In this document: positions 28,814 to 40,222 of the stretch, piece by piece
Layout of the letters: every line of letters starts with the position of its first letter
Position numbering within the stretch: position 1 is the first letter of the stretch
Assembly (NCBI GenBank): GCA_002418865.1
Contig: DIEY01000098.1
Location: 3,421-67,420 of the forward strand
DNA from: Bacteroidales bacterium UBA5762
Lineage (GTDB): Bacteria > Bacteroidota > Bacteroidia > Bacteroidales > TTA-H9
Direction: 5' to 3'
Length of the DNA stretch: 64,000 bases
Program-made: the position numbers and the translations under genes
The notes under the pieces: generated by a model
What the model was told of the DNA's origin: nothing
Seen by the model: the letters and a program-made list of their open reading frames with translations, nothing else
Databases searched by the model: none

Positions 28814-30513
28814 TTACAATACAATTAAACGCTGTCGTAAAACCTTCTGTTCGGGCATTATCATTTCGATGAGATAAATGCCAGAGCTCATTTTTTCGAC
28901 ATTTAATTCTAATTTTTGCTGTCCCTTGGGGAATATTTTCGAAACCGTTTTAGAAACCCTCACACCGTTCATATCATAAATATTGAGGGTTACTTTTCCC
29001 ATGGTAGTCATGTTGAAATTTATGGCAGCAAGATGTTTTGCTGGATTGGGAATAACAAATAGATTTTGTGTTGAAATATCCTCAATACCAACTCCGCTTT
29101 GTGAATAGAATTGGGCAAGCACTTCCCTTCCAAAAGTAGTGCCTTCGACAATGGTAATGTTTTTATCGTCGAAAAGTGTGAAGAAGCCCAATCCATTGGC
29201 GCAGCATAAACCATTTCCGCCAGCATCATATAATGAAAACTGATAACAATGTTCCGATTCTACGGTAATAGTTTCCTTGATCAAGGTATTAGCTTCTGTA
29301 TAAGGTCCGCCTGAAGCTACCAGGCTGTCATCACTGGTTTTGATGTTCCAAGTGATTTCTTCGGGTTTATTGTCGGTTTTAATCCATAGGTTCAAAAGCG
29401 TTGTAACTGTTTTAGGATCTGTGAGCTGGAAGGTAAGCGTGTCATTCTTACGGTATTCATCTTGCAATTGATTGACCTTGTCGATATAAATTTTGAGAGT
29501 ACTTGGATTTTGTGGTGTAAACAGGTACTCCGGTAAAGTAATGTTTTTCGATTGAAGAAATCCGATGTTACCAGTCCAAGTATATTCCTGTTCAGGATGA
29601 TTTTCTATTCTATACTTTAATGTAATTGAACTGAGGGGATTAGAACCATTGTTGCGAATGCGAATGATAGGAGTTATTTTCCCTGTACAATTTTCGGAAG
29701 CCACATTACTTAAGGTTAAAATTTCTCCATCATTGTCATAAAGTGGAATAATGGGAGCAGTAGAGCTGTTGGCTGTTTGAAGAATTTCCTTGGAAGAATT
29801 ATTCTGTATGAAGCCTACGGCTGCAAGTTCGTTGTTGTCGTAAACATTGGCCAACTTCCATGAATATTGAAGAATTACATAATCGCCTGGTGAAAGAGGA
29901 GTGGGCAGATATGTTCCACCTGCTCCGGGGAGCATTTTCTTCATGACATTGTAGAAATCTTTTTCGCCATTGGTTCCCGGAGGGGTATTAAAGTGAATAT
30001 GTTTTTCGATGATTACATTTTGAGCAACTAATTGGCTGCCGCTCATCAAATCTGTAGGGATCACCAGCATGTTCACGAATATGCTGTCCTGAGCAGCATT
30101 AAGATAGTGCTGAAGCTGTATTTCGGCAGGCGAAGGCATAGTGTAACGATTATTGATAGTGGTCATGGTCCATCCATTAGGATGCCCTTTGTAATAATTT
30201 CCATCGATCACAGAATAAGGCACAGTATTTACGCCATAATAGTTTACTCTTGCGTTATTTTCTTGAGTATTGGCAAAATACATAGGATCGTTTCCCGGTG
30301 AAGGCCAGCTTACATGATAAAAGATAGCCGTAAACTTATCGGGGTTTTGTTGTAATCGCTGAACAATAGTAGGATTCACCGAGGCACATGGTCCGCAGGT
30401 TGATGAGGTAAATTCTTCGAGTAAAACAAGCCGCTAGGCTTTAGGTTGCTGAGCTATCAATGAAAGATGTATCAGCAGTAATAAACTGAGCGTTAAGATT
30501 TGTTAATTTTTCA
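28814..30513 (-). pseudogene. T9SS cargo protein (thioredoxin-like Omp28-related N-domain plus type-A C-terminal sorting domain), interrupted by two in-frame stops in the signal peptide
   Basis: From the ATG at 30511-30513 the frame reads MKN*QILTLSLLLLIHLSLIAQQPKA*RLVLLEEFTSSTCGPCASVNPTIV..., continuous with the 521-aa ORF 28814-30379. TAA is codon 4 and TAG is codon 27. The C-terminus VIPNPAKHLAAINFNM...GIYLIEMIM...RLIVL is a T9SS CTD. Confidence 0.7.
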
Positions 30514-30778
30514 TGTTTTGGTGGTAATTTTTGGATTTGACAAGTAATAATTTATTCGATTTAGTTTTTTCAATGTTTTCTTATTCAAGCAATTTTCAGG
30601 ATTGATTTTTTCCAATATCTAATCTTATTTACTGTGATAGGATAAAAGTTGAAGTAAAAATAGCTTTTTCTGATAGCATTAGGCAATTATCATTCGATTT
30701 TTTTTGGTAAAAGATTGAATTTGGCATATTAGAAAGAGAGGGATGAATTTAGATAGAAGATCTTAAATCTATATATTA

Positions 30779-31874
30779 TTAATTCTGTGTATTGCTGCCG
30801 TTTTCCATCAAATAGGCCTTAATGAAGTCTTGAATATCGCCATCGAGAACTGCTTGTGTATTCCCAGTTTCATAATTAGTACGATGATCTTTCACCATTT
30901 TATAGGGATGTAGCACATAGCTGCGTATTTGTGATCCCCATTCGATTTTTTTCTTTGCAGCTTCTATGGCGTCTATTTTTTCTCTTTTCTTGCGTAGTTC
31001 AATTTCATAAAGTTTCGATTTGAGCATTTGCAGTGCTTTTTCCTTGTTTTGCTGTTGTGAGCGTGTAACTTGGCATTCTATGACAATGCCAGTGGGTTCA
31101 TGTTTCAACCTAACTGCAGTTTCAACCTTGTTTACATTTTGCCCGCCTGGCCCACTGCTGCGATAGGTTTCCCATGTAATGTCGGATGGATTAATATCGA
31201 TTTCTATGTTTTCATCAACGATGGGATAAACATATACAGAAGCAAAAGAAGTATGACGTCTTGCATTGGAATCGAAAGGCGAAATGCGCACAAGACGATG
31301 AACTCCATTTTCAGCCTTCAAATATCCAAAGGCATATTCTCCATCGAATTCTAAAACCACATTTTTTATACCTGCTACATCCCCTTCGTGCAAATCGAGT
31401 TCGGTAACCTTGAAATTTTGTCTCTCGCCATATCGAATGTACATGCGCATAAGCATGGAAGCCCAGTCTTGACTCTCTGTTCCCCCGGCCCCTGCATTGA
31501 TTTCCATGATAGCTCCTAGTCGGTCTTCCTCTGCCGAAAGCATGTTCATAAATTCCAATTCTTCTACTTCATGTAAGGTTTCTTGATAATGCCGATTCAC
31601 TTCTTGCTCGGTAGCTTCGCCATTATCCAAAAAATCAACCATAACCTTTAAATCTTCAAAGAGGCTCCTGACTTTTTCGAAACGTTCTATCCATACTTTT
31701 TTTGCCTGTATAGACTTGAGGATTTTTTCTGCTGATTTGGGATTATTCCAAAAATCATTTGTGTGTGTTAATTCCTCTTCTTCTTTTACCTCCTTAAGCT
31801 TTGAGTCTATGTCAAAGAAACCTCCTCAAGGCTTCTACCCTTGCTTCGAGAGCTTTAATATCTTCATTTATCAT
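30779..31874 (-). CDS. prfB: peptide chain release factor 2, with a programmed +1 frameshift
   Basis: ORF0 is [20 protein letters not shown] followed by TGA (31812-31814). A +1 shift at CTT TGA C continues as [25 protein letters not shown]...MVDFLDNGE... into the 287-aa ORF. It carries the SPF tripeptide (RISPFDS) and GGQ ([11 protein letters not shown]). Confidence 0.95.
31811..31826 (-). promoter_or_regulatory. RF2 autoregulatory frameshift site AGGAGG-TTT-CTT-TGA-C
   Basis: An internal SD-like AGGAGG sits 3 nt upstream of the CUU UGA C slippery/stop context, the same architecture as E. coli prfB. Confidence 0.85.
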
Positions 31875-31894
31875 ATAATATAGAATTATTAAAA

Positions 31895-32386
31895 TTATTC
31901 TTCCATGAGATCTGTTTTGTTTAATAACCTGTAAATCATTTCAGGTTCGTACCCCTTAGATAATGCAAGACGGATGAGTTTTTGACGGGCAATATCTGGT
32001 GGTTCTTTCAAGAGAGATTTCCGTTTATTGTTTAAGATTTTCTTTAGAGTTGTTTCATATTCTTCATCATCCAATGAGTTGATGGCCTGTTGTGTTAATT
32101 CATCCGATATGTGATGTCGTTGAAGCTCCAACTTGATTTTAATCTTGCCCCATTTTAAATTATGAAATTTTCCTTGGGCAAACATGCGGGCAAAACGACC
32201 ATCATTTATAAACCCTTCTTTGGTGAGTTGCGAAATGATTTTGGGGATTTCGTCTTCGGGTAATCCCCATTGCTTGAGCTTGAGCCTTAAGTCGTAGCTA
32301 CATCTTTCCTGAATGGCGCACCATCGTTTTGCCCTGTCTATCAGTGCCTCATCGCTAGAGGTAATTTTTGAGGAAGGATTTTTCAT
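31895..32386 (-). CDS. recX: recombination regulator RecX
   Basis: 163 aa of helical repeats. CAIQERCSYDLRLKLKQWG and the later repeats are typical of RecX. Confidence 0.8.
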   Translation of the reverse strand: MKNPSSKITSSDEALIDRAKRWCAIQERCSYDLRLKLKQWGLPEDEIPKIISQLTKEGFINDGRFARMFAQGKFHNLKWGKIKIKLELQRHHISDELTQQAINSLDDEEYETTLKKILNNKRKSLLKEPPDIARQKLIRLALSKGYEPEMIYRLLNKTDLMEE

Positions 32387-32523
32387 AAAAGGATCAAGGA
32401 ATTACAAAATTACATAACTTCTCATTTACGCCTTAGAGAGGAGTAAGCTAATTATTAAGGTAAAATATTAAATCAGAACTCTTCCCATATAATTTGGGCA
32501 GCAAAGGATATTTCCAATAGGTT

Positions 32524-34509
<1,986 letters not shown>

Positions 34510-34514
34510 TCATT

Positions 34515-34530
34515 TACGTTTGCAAAGATA
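34515..34530. promoter_or_regulatory. back-to-back palindromic -7 boxes TACGTTTGCAAAGATA
   Basis: The minus-strand TATCTTTG lies about 35 nt upstream of the gyrB ATG. A plus-strand TACGTTTG shares the TTTGCAAA core. Confidence 0.4.
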
Positions 34531-34788
34531 GTATTTTTTCTCTTACAAGGGAAGAAAATTTATGAATTATTCTGCCCAAATAATAAACAAATTCTGAAAA
34601 TTTTATTTCAATAGCAAAAGTTCAATCTTCTATCTTCATGATGCCTACGTTAAACTAAGAAAGAACATTTTACGTATTATAGTACATTACTTTTTGGGAA
34701 AATAATTTTTATTCATTGAAGCTCAAAGGCTTTTCTAATCATGGAAGCGGAAAAATGGATGATTTCTATTTATTTTATTTATAATTTA

Positions 34789-34796
34789 TATATTTG
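34789..34796 (+). promoter_or_regulatory. -7 promoter box (TATATTTG)
   Basis: Exact TAnnTTTG match 74 nt upstream of the ATG at 34870. Confidence 0.35.
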
Positions 34797-34869
34797 ACCT
34801 CTAAACGTATTGTTGAAAAGTGTTTATTGTAATAGATAGCAGACCAATAAGTTAAATATAAGAATTATT

Positions 34870-37710
34870 ATGAAACGTACTTTAGTTCTTTCTGTTTGTT
34901 TATTGTTGGGCTTTTGGCTGAATGCTCAGTTTCAGTATCAACCTCATGCCCCTGTGCCTATTGATCCTTCAGTAAAAATAGGGCAACTTTCCAATGGACT
35001 GACTTACTACATTCAAAAGAATGGTCAACCCGAAAAGAGAGCCGAATTTTATCTGATTGTGAATGCTGGTGCCATTCTTGAAGATCCCGATCAGAATGGA
35101 TTGGCTCATTTTTGCGAGCATATGGCCTTTAATGGAAGCAAACATTTTCAAAAGCATCAGATCATCAATTATTTGCAATCCATAGGCATGAAATTTGGTC
35201 CCGAGATCAATGCCTTTACGAGCCATGATCTTACTGCTTATATGCTTCAAAATGTCCCTCTTAAGGATCCTGCTCAAATGGATACGGCTTTGCTAATTCT
35301 ATACGATTGGGCCTCGCAGGTAAGCTTCGAGGATGAAGAGATTGATGCCGAACGTGGAGTAATTCATGAAGAATGGCGTACAGGCCGCAATGCAATGGAA
35401 CGCATGAATAAAAGAGCCATGAAAAAACTCTTCTACAATTCAAAATATGCCGTTCACGATGTGATTGGCGACATTCAGATTATTAACAGCTTTCCTTACG
35501 AAACCTTAAGAAGATTTTATCACGACTGGTATCGTCCCGATCTTCAAGCCATAATTGCAGTTGGAGATTTCGATCCTCAAGTAGTTGAACAAAAAATAGT
35601 AGATTTATTTGGTAGCCTACCTAAAAGGGAAAATGCAAGAGAAAGAGCGATAGAAAAAGTTCCTGATCATGAAGAAACCTTAGTAGCTATTGAAACCGAT
35701 AAGGAAGCCCAGTATACCGTGGTAGAGGTAGTTTATAAACATGAGCCTGTTGAGAAACGCGATCAGGAATATTTACGCCAACAATTGGTTACCCAGCTGT
35801 TTAACCAAATGATGAATGCACGCCTGAGTGAAATACAACGACAAGCCGATCCACCATTCATATATGCTTACGATGTTTATACGAACCTGGTTCGTTCGAA
35901 AGATGCCTATTTGGCTGTTGCCATTACCAAATCAGGAGAAGCTATGAGAGCACTCGAAGCCTTATTGACCGAAAATGAACGTGTTTTACGTTATGGCTTC
36001 ACCGAAGGAGAACTTGAAAGAGCAAAGAGTGAACTTCTAAAGCAACGCGAAAATGCTTTCAACGAACGTAATAAACGTAGATCAGAACAGCTGGTTTGGC
36101 AATATATGAATCATTTTTTAGAAAATAAGCCTATACCCGGCCCTGAGTTCGAATATATATTTGCTAAGGATTTATTACCAGGTATTACGCTTGAAGAAAT
36201 AAATGATTTGCCATCAAAATGGATTACGGATAGCAATCGGGTAATTGTGATTCAGGGCCCTCAGAAAGAAGACCTCATATATCCTAGCGAACAGGAAGTT
36301 CTTGATGTATTAGCAAAAATAGAGAAAGAGGAAATTGCTCCTTATATCGATAAGGTTTCTAATAAGCCTCTTATCTCGGAACTGCCTGAGCCCGGTAAAG
36401 TGATAGAATCTTCAGAAGACAAGGCTACCGGCGTAATAACATGGAGATTATCCAATGGAGCAAGAGTCGTTTTGAAACCTACTGATTTTAAGGAAGACGA
36501 GATTTTATTTGCTGCCCTCAGTTTAGGAGGTACCTCTCTTTATTCTATTGATGAATATCTTTCGGCTCAGTTTGCTGCTTCTATTATTGGTGAAAGTGGC
36601 CTCGGTGATTTCGATGCCACTGAACTTCAGAAAGCACTGAGCGGGCAAATGGTTGAAATATCACCATACATCGATGAACTGAAAGAAGGATTTAACGGTC
36701 GTTCTTCGAAAAACGACCTCGAAACTTTATTCCAATTGTTGCATCTTTATTTTGGAAAAGCTCGAGCCGATGAAAATATTTATGGTGCTTATATGAATCG
36801 TTTGAAAGCATTTCTCGAAAACAGTGCGCTTGATCCTGAAAATGCCTTCAGGGATACTATTCAGGTAACCATGGCTTCTTATAGTCCTTATCGTAAGCCT
36901 CTTACCGTCGAACGACTCTCAGAAGCTAAACTCAGCCTGATGAAACAAATCTTCGACCAGCGTTTTGCCGATGCCGATGGATTTATCTATTATTTTGTAG
37001 GAAGTTTTCAGCCCGAGGAATTGAAACCTTTGGTAGAGAAATACTTGGCCTCTTTGCCGTCTATGAAGAAAAACGAGCATTGGAAGGACCTGAAAATTCA
37101 GCCTCCTAAAGGCCAAGTTAAAAAAACGGTAGTGCGTGACATGGAAGACCCCAAAGCCACTGTATTTATTTCATTTACCGGAAAGTTCGATTACGATCCC
37201 ATGAAACGCTTGGCTATGTCTGCTATTAATGATATATTAAGCTATAGGTTTATTGAAACCATACGCGAAGAAGAGGGAGCTACCTATGGCACAAGTGTTA
37301 GAACCCGATTTTCAAAATACCCTAATCCACAGTATCAACTCAATATTCAATTCGACTGCGATCCGGTAAATGCAGAACGCATGACTAATATCGTCTATCA
37401 GGAAATTGAGAAATTGCGTACTCAAGGTCCTACACAGGAACAAATGCGCAATTTTAAGGAGAATCAGTTGAAAACTTGGGCAGAAAAAATCAAGGAAAAT
37501 AGTTTTTGGATGGATAAGTTAACCACAAGTGATTTTGATGGAGAATCGTATGAAAATATTTTGAAATTTCCTGAAATGTTAGAGTCTTTAACTCCTGAAA
37601 AAGTGAAAAATGCTGCTCAGGAAAATTATTCCGGCGAAAACATTGTTCAAATTATTCTCATGCCTTCCGACTTGAGCAAATCGGTTAGGAATCCAAATAT
37701 AAAACCTTGA
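34870..37710 (+). CDS. M16-family (insulinase/pitrilysin-like) zinc metallopeptidase, secreted
   Basis: Signal peptide, the inverted zinc motif HFCEHMAFNGS (HxxEH), and a duplicated M16 active/inactive domain architecture over 946 aa. Confidence 0.9.
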   Translation: MKRTLVLSVCLLLGFWLNAQFQYQPHAPVPIDPSVKIGQLSNGLTYYIQKNGQPEKRAEFYLIVNAGAILEDPDQNGLAHFCEHMAFNGSKHFQKHQIINYLQSIGMKFGPEINAFTSHDLTAYMLQNVPLKDPAQMDTALLILYDWASQVSFEDEEIDAERGVIHEEWRTGRNAMERMNKRAMKKLFYNSKYAVHDVIGDIQIINSFPYETLRRFYHDWYRPDLQAIIAVGDFDPQVVEQKIVDLFGSLPKRENARERAIEKVPDHEETLVAIETDKEAQYTVVEVVYKHEPVEKRDQEYLRQQLVTQLFNQMMNARLSEIQRQADPPFIYAYDVYTNLVRSKDAYLAVAITKSGEAMRALEALLTENERVLRYGFTEGELERAKSELLKQRENAFNERNKRRSEQLVWQYMNHFLENKPIPGPEFEYIFAKDLLPGITLEEINDLPSKWITDSNRVIVIQGPQKEDLIYPSEQEVLDVLAKIEKEEIAPYIDKVSNKPLISELPEPGKVIESSEDKATGVITWRLSNGARVVLKPTDFKEDEILFAALSLGGTSLYSIDEYLSAQFAASIIGESGLGDFDATELQKALSGQMVEISPYIDELKEGFNGRSSKNDLETLFQLLHLYFGKARADENIYGAYMNRLKAFLENSALDPENAFRDTIQVTMASYSPYRKPLTVERLSEAKLSLMKQIFDQRFADADGFIYYFVGSFQPEELKPLVEKYLASLPSMKKNEHWKDLKIQPPKGQVKKTVVRDMEDPKATVFISFTGKFDYDPMKRLAMSAINDILSYRFIETIREEEGATYGTSVRTRFSKYPNPQYQLNIQFDCDPVNAERMTNIVYQEIEKLRTQGPTQEQMRNFKENQLKTWAEKIKENSFWMDKLTTSDFDGESYENILKFPEMLESLTPEKVKNAAQENYSGENIVQIILMPSDLSKSVRNPNIKP

Positions 37711-38023
37711 GAAGATTTTCAAAGTTTAGGTGTAAGTGAATGTTAGATAAAGAATAAGGTGTAAAACTTGACTAGTCAATATTTATAAAGATTAAAAAAT
37801 CTTTGTTTTATCCTCTCAAAGATTATCACATCAATAGTTCTTGAATGTTGTTTTGTGATGCACTTTCATCATGAATAGTGTAATGAGAGGCTTATGGAAA
37901 GTGGAGCCTTAACCCAACTTGAGCACTCTTCCCCGAAAAAACAAATAAATAATGGTATTTTTAATGATTTAAAAATGCTATCTTATTGATTATCAATATT
38001 TAAATTTTTAAATCATTTGGTAA

Positions 38024-38222
38024 TTCCAGAATATAGAGATGGAAGATGTTCGGGAAGTTGGGGCTGAATGGTTATGTAAACAAACCTTGGAAGAGTTAGG
38101 TGTAGAGGATTATTTACGTAGCCTTGAATAGAACGAAAACAACATTGAAACTGCTTTGATTGAGCTAATCACTCGGGCTGTTTATCCAATTTCGGAGCGT
38201 AAAACTGCCCAGTGGAATCAAC
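38024..38222 (+). pseudogene. short remnant of an IS1634-family-like transposase N-terminus (tentative)
   Basis: The frame reads FQNIEMEDVREVGAEWLCKQTLEELGVEDYLRSLE*NENNIETALIELITRAVYPISERKTAQW. There is an in-frame TAG (38129-38131), and it ends abruptly where the opposite-strand IS fragment begins. The resemblance (..RAVYP.SE.KT..W) is from memory. Confidence 0.35.
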
Positions 38223-38621
38223 GATAAAAAGCTCTTTAATACTTAATCCAAGCGTTCGGCTGGACGACAAAAAACTTGAGTAGCGCTTAACCAAACTGAA
38301 ATATAGCGATTCAAAGAACTTGCTGTCTCGTTCTCTGTTACCATCGGTTATAATACTTTTGGGTGGCACTTCCTTTAGTCCAAAATGACCCAACTTTCCC
38401 ACACATCCTATCATGCCTTCTACTATTTCGGTTACTGAATCACAACGACTATAAATACCAAACATAATACTCACGAAGTGTGTCCATGTACTGAACTTTT
38501 TGTAATATCGATCTGATACATGTTTCTTTGCTAACCCACTAAACTTATTCCTGTTAACTAAAGAAAGAACTTGCGTTAATATCGGCTGACCGATTAAATT
38601 TTTATTTGTATTTTTGCTCAT
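38211..38621 (-). mobile_element. truncated IS4-family transposase gene (DUF4372-type N-terminus only)
   Basis: MSKNTNKNLIGQPILTQVLSLVNRNKFSGLAKKHVSDRYYKKFSTWTHFVSIMFGIYSRCDSVTEIVEGM... runs up to ...ELFIVDST (the first DDE Asp region). After that the ORF (to 38169) reads into unrelated sequence. About 137 of an expected ~380+ aa remain. Confidence 0.6.
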
Positions 38622-38795
38622 GCTGTATAAATTGGTAGTTTAGACAGCAAATATACAGGTTGGTCAGCTTCGGCCGACCTTCCTGTTTATATCAAAATGT
38701 TTTGTCGGTTACTAATGATAAAATAACATAATAAAAGAGCAAGAGAGTCGTTATAAAAATGTTAATAAATGTTAAATGTTTAAAACCAAAACACC

Positions 38796-39671
38796 ATGAA
38801 ACGCACATTAATTGTTTTACTTGCATTTTTGACTTTAGTAGGATGCAATACGAAAAAGAAGGAGATAGAAAGGCTACAGGCTAAAAACGATAGTTTGTTG
38901 CAAGTAGCTCAACTCAACCAAGAGTCTCTTTATGAATATATAACTTCTTTCAATGAGATTCAGAGAAATCTTGATTCGATTAAGGCTCTGGAAAACATCA
39001 TTAACGTGAGAACTACCGGGGGCGAGGTGAAGAGTTCAACAAAAGAAGAGATTAATGAAGATATTAAGACCATTTATGAATTATTGGCGAAAAACAAGAA
39101 ATTGGTTGCTTCTTTGCAGAAAAAGCTCAGTAGTAGTGATGTGAGGATGGCTGAACTCGAAAAAATGGTTACTTATTTGAATACTCAGGTTGAAGAAAAA
39201 GATGCTCAGATAAATACTCTGAGGGGTGAGCTGGAAAAAATGAATATACAGGTTGCGAATCTTTCGTCTCAAGTTGCTGAGCTCGAAGAAGTAACTCAGC
39301 AGAAAGAAGAAGAGATTCAAAAACATAAGGAAGAAATCGAAATCAAGACCAGCCTGTTGAATATGGCTTATTATGCAATAGGAACAAAAAAGGAACTGGC
39401 GGATAATAATATTATAACTAAGGAAGGTGGTTTCTTAGGAATAGGTTCCACTAAAACCTTGAAAGAAGACTTCAATAAGGATTATTTTACTAAAGTAGAT
39501 ATTACTCGTTTGGAATATATTCCTTTAGGAACAAAGAAAGCAAAACTAATTACTAAACATCCTGCGACTGCTTATCGTATCAGTGGGGAAAAACGTGCGG
39601 ATACACTTTTCATTACTAATCCGTCCGAATTTTGGGCTGCAGGCAAATATCTGGTCATAGAGGTAGAATAA
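38796..39671 (+). CDS. coiled-coil lipoprotein, unknown function
   Basis: Lipobox LTLVGC, a long heptad-rich central region (LEKMVTYLNTQVEEKDAQINTLRGELEKMNIQVANLSSQVAELEE), and a globular C-terminus. Confidence 0.6.
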   Translation: MKRTLIVLLAFLTLVGCNTKKKEIERLQAKNDSLLQVAQLNQESLYEYITSFNEIQRNLDSIKALENIINVRTTGGEVKSSTKEEINEDIKTIYELLAKNKKLVASLQKKLSSSDVRMAELEKMVTYLNTQVEEKDAQINTLRGELEKMNIQVANLSSQVAELEEVTQQKEEEIQKHKEEIEIKTSLLNMAYYAIGTKKELADNNIITKEGGFLGIGSTKTLKEDFNKDYFTKVDITRLEYIPLGTKKAKLITKHPATAYRISGEKRADTLFITNPSEFWAAGKYLVIEVE

Positions 39672-39690
39672 AAGATCAATAAAGACATAC

Positions 39691-39732
39691 AAAAACCGGG
39701 TAGGTGTTTGATAATGCTTATCCGGTTTTTTT
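39691..39732. terminator. bidirectional intrinsic terminator between convergent genes
   Basis: AAAAACCGGGTA...TTATCCGGTTTTTTT: a CCGG-centred stem flanked by an A-run upstream and a T-run downstream. Confidence 0.65.
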
Positions 39733-39757
39733 ATTATTTTGCCGGCGAATACGAAGT

Positions 39758-40222
39758 TTAGTGAGATAAGGTATCGCCGCTTGAGGTTGAAGTGTAATCG
39801 ATAGTTTGAATGAGATTGCCGGTGGAATCATAGAATTTCCATACTCCTATTCGTTTTCCCATTTTATGTTGTCCTTCGTAAAACAGGCTGCCATTTGAAT
39901 AAAATACTTTTTTAGGTCCATCTTCCAAGCCTTGCTTGTATCCTCCTTGGCTCCAAATCTTCCCATCGGGAAGCCAAGCTGTCCAAATGCTATCGCGCTG
40001 GTTGTTATAATATTTCCCTTCCATATATTTTTGCCCATTCTGATAAAATACGGATTCTCGTAAGAGAATACTGTCTTTCCCTTTAATTTCATATTGTCGC
40101 ACAATTTTTGGAGAACCGTCTTCGAACTTTTCCTCCACTATTTTGACGTGTTTTGGGCCACATGAATTGAGTAAAATGGCCATTAATATTGAGAAAAAAT
40201 AAAGTTTCTTTATCATAGTCAT
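39758..40222 (-). CDS. MORN-repeat-variant lipoprotein (family often annotated 'YwqK antitoxin')
   Basis: Lipobox LLNSCG and repeated YxNGQK.EG.Y.N..R.G.W motifs. TAATG stop/start overlap with pyrC. Confidence 0.7.
   Translation of the reverse strand: MTMIKKLYFFSILMAILLNSCGPKHVKIVEEKFEDGSPKIVRQYEIKGKDSILLRESVFYQNGQKYMEGKYYNNQRDSIWTAWLPDGKIWSQGGYKQGLEDGPKKVFYSNGSLFYEGQHKMGKRIGVWKFYDSTGNLIQTIDYTSTSSGDTLSH

Noticed and set aside
28814-30513. Could the in-frame TAA and TAG signal an alternative genetic code (stop reassignment)?
   Set aside because: Intact RF1 (prfA, PxT and GGQ motifs) and RF2 (prfB, SPF and GGQ motifs, UGA-dependent frameshift) are both encoded in this window. TAA, TAG and TGA all terminate well-supported genes at the expected lengths. 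A pseudogene or a sequence error is far more likely.
39758-40222. The 'YwqK-family antitoxin' label suggests a toxin-antitoxin module.
   Set aside because: The protein has a lipoprotein signal peptide and MORN-variant repeats, and it is translationally coupled to pyrC. No toxin-like partner is adjacent. The family label is a generic annotation, not evidence of a TA system.
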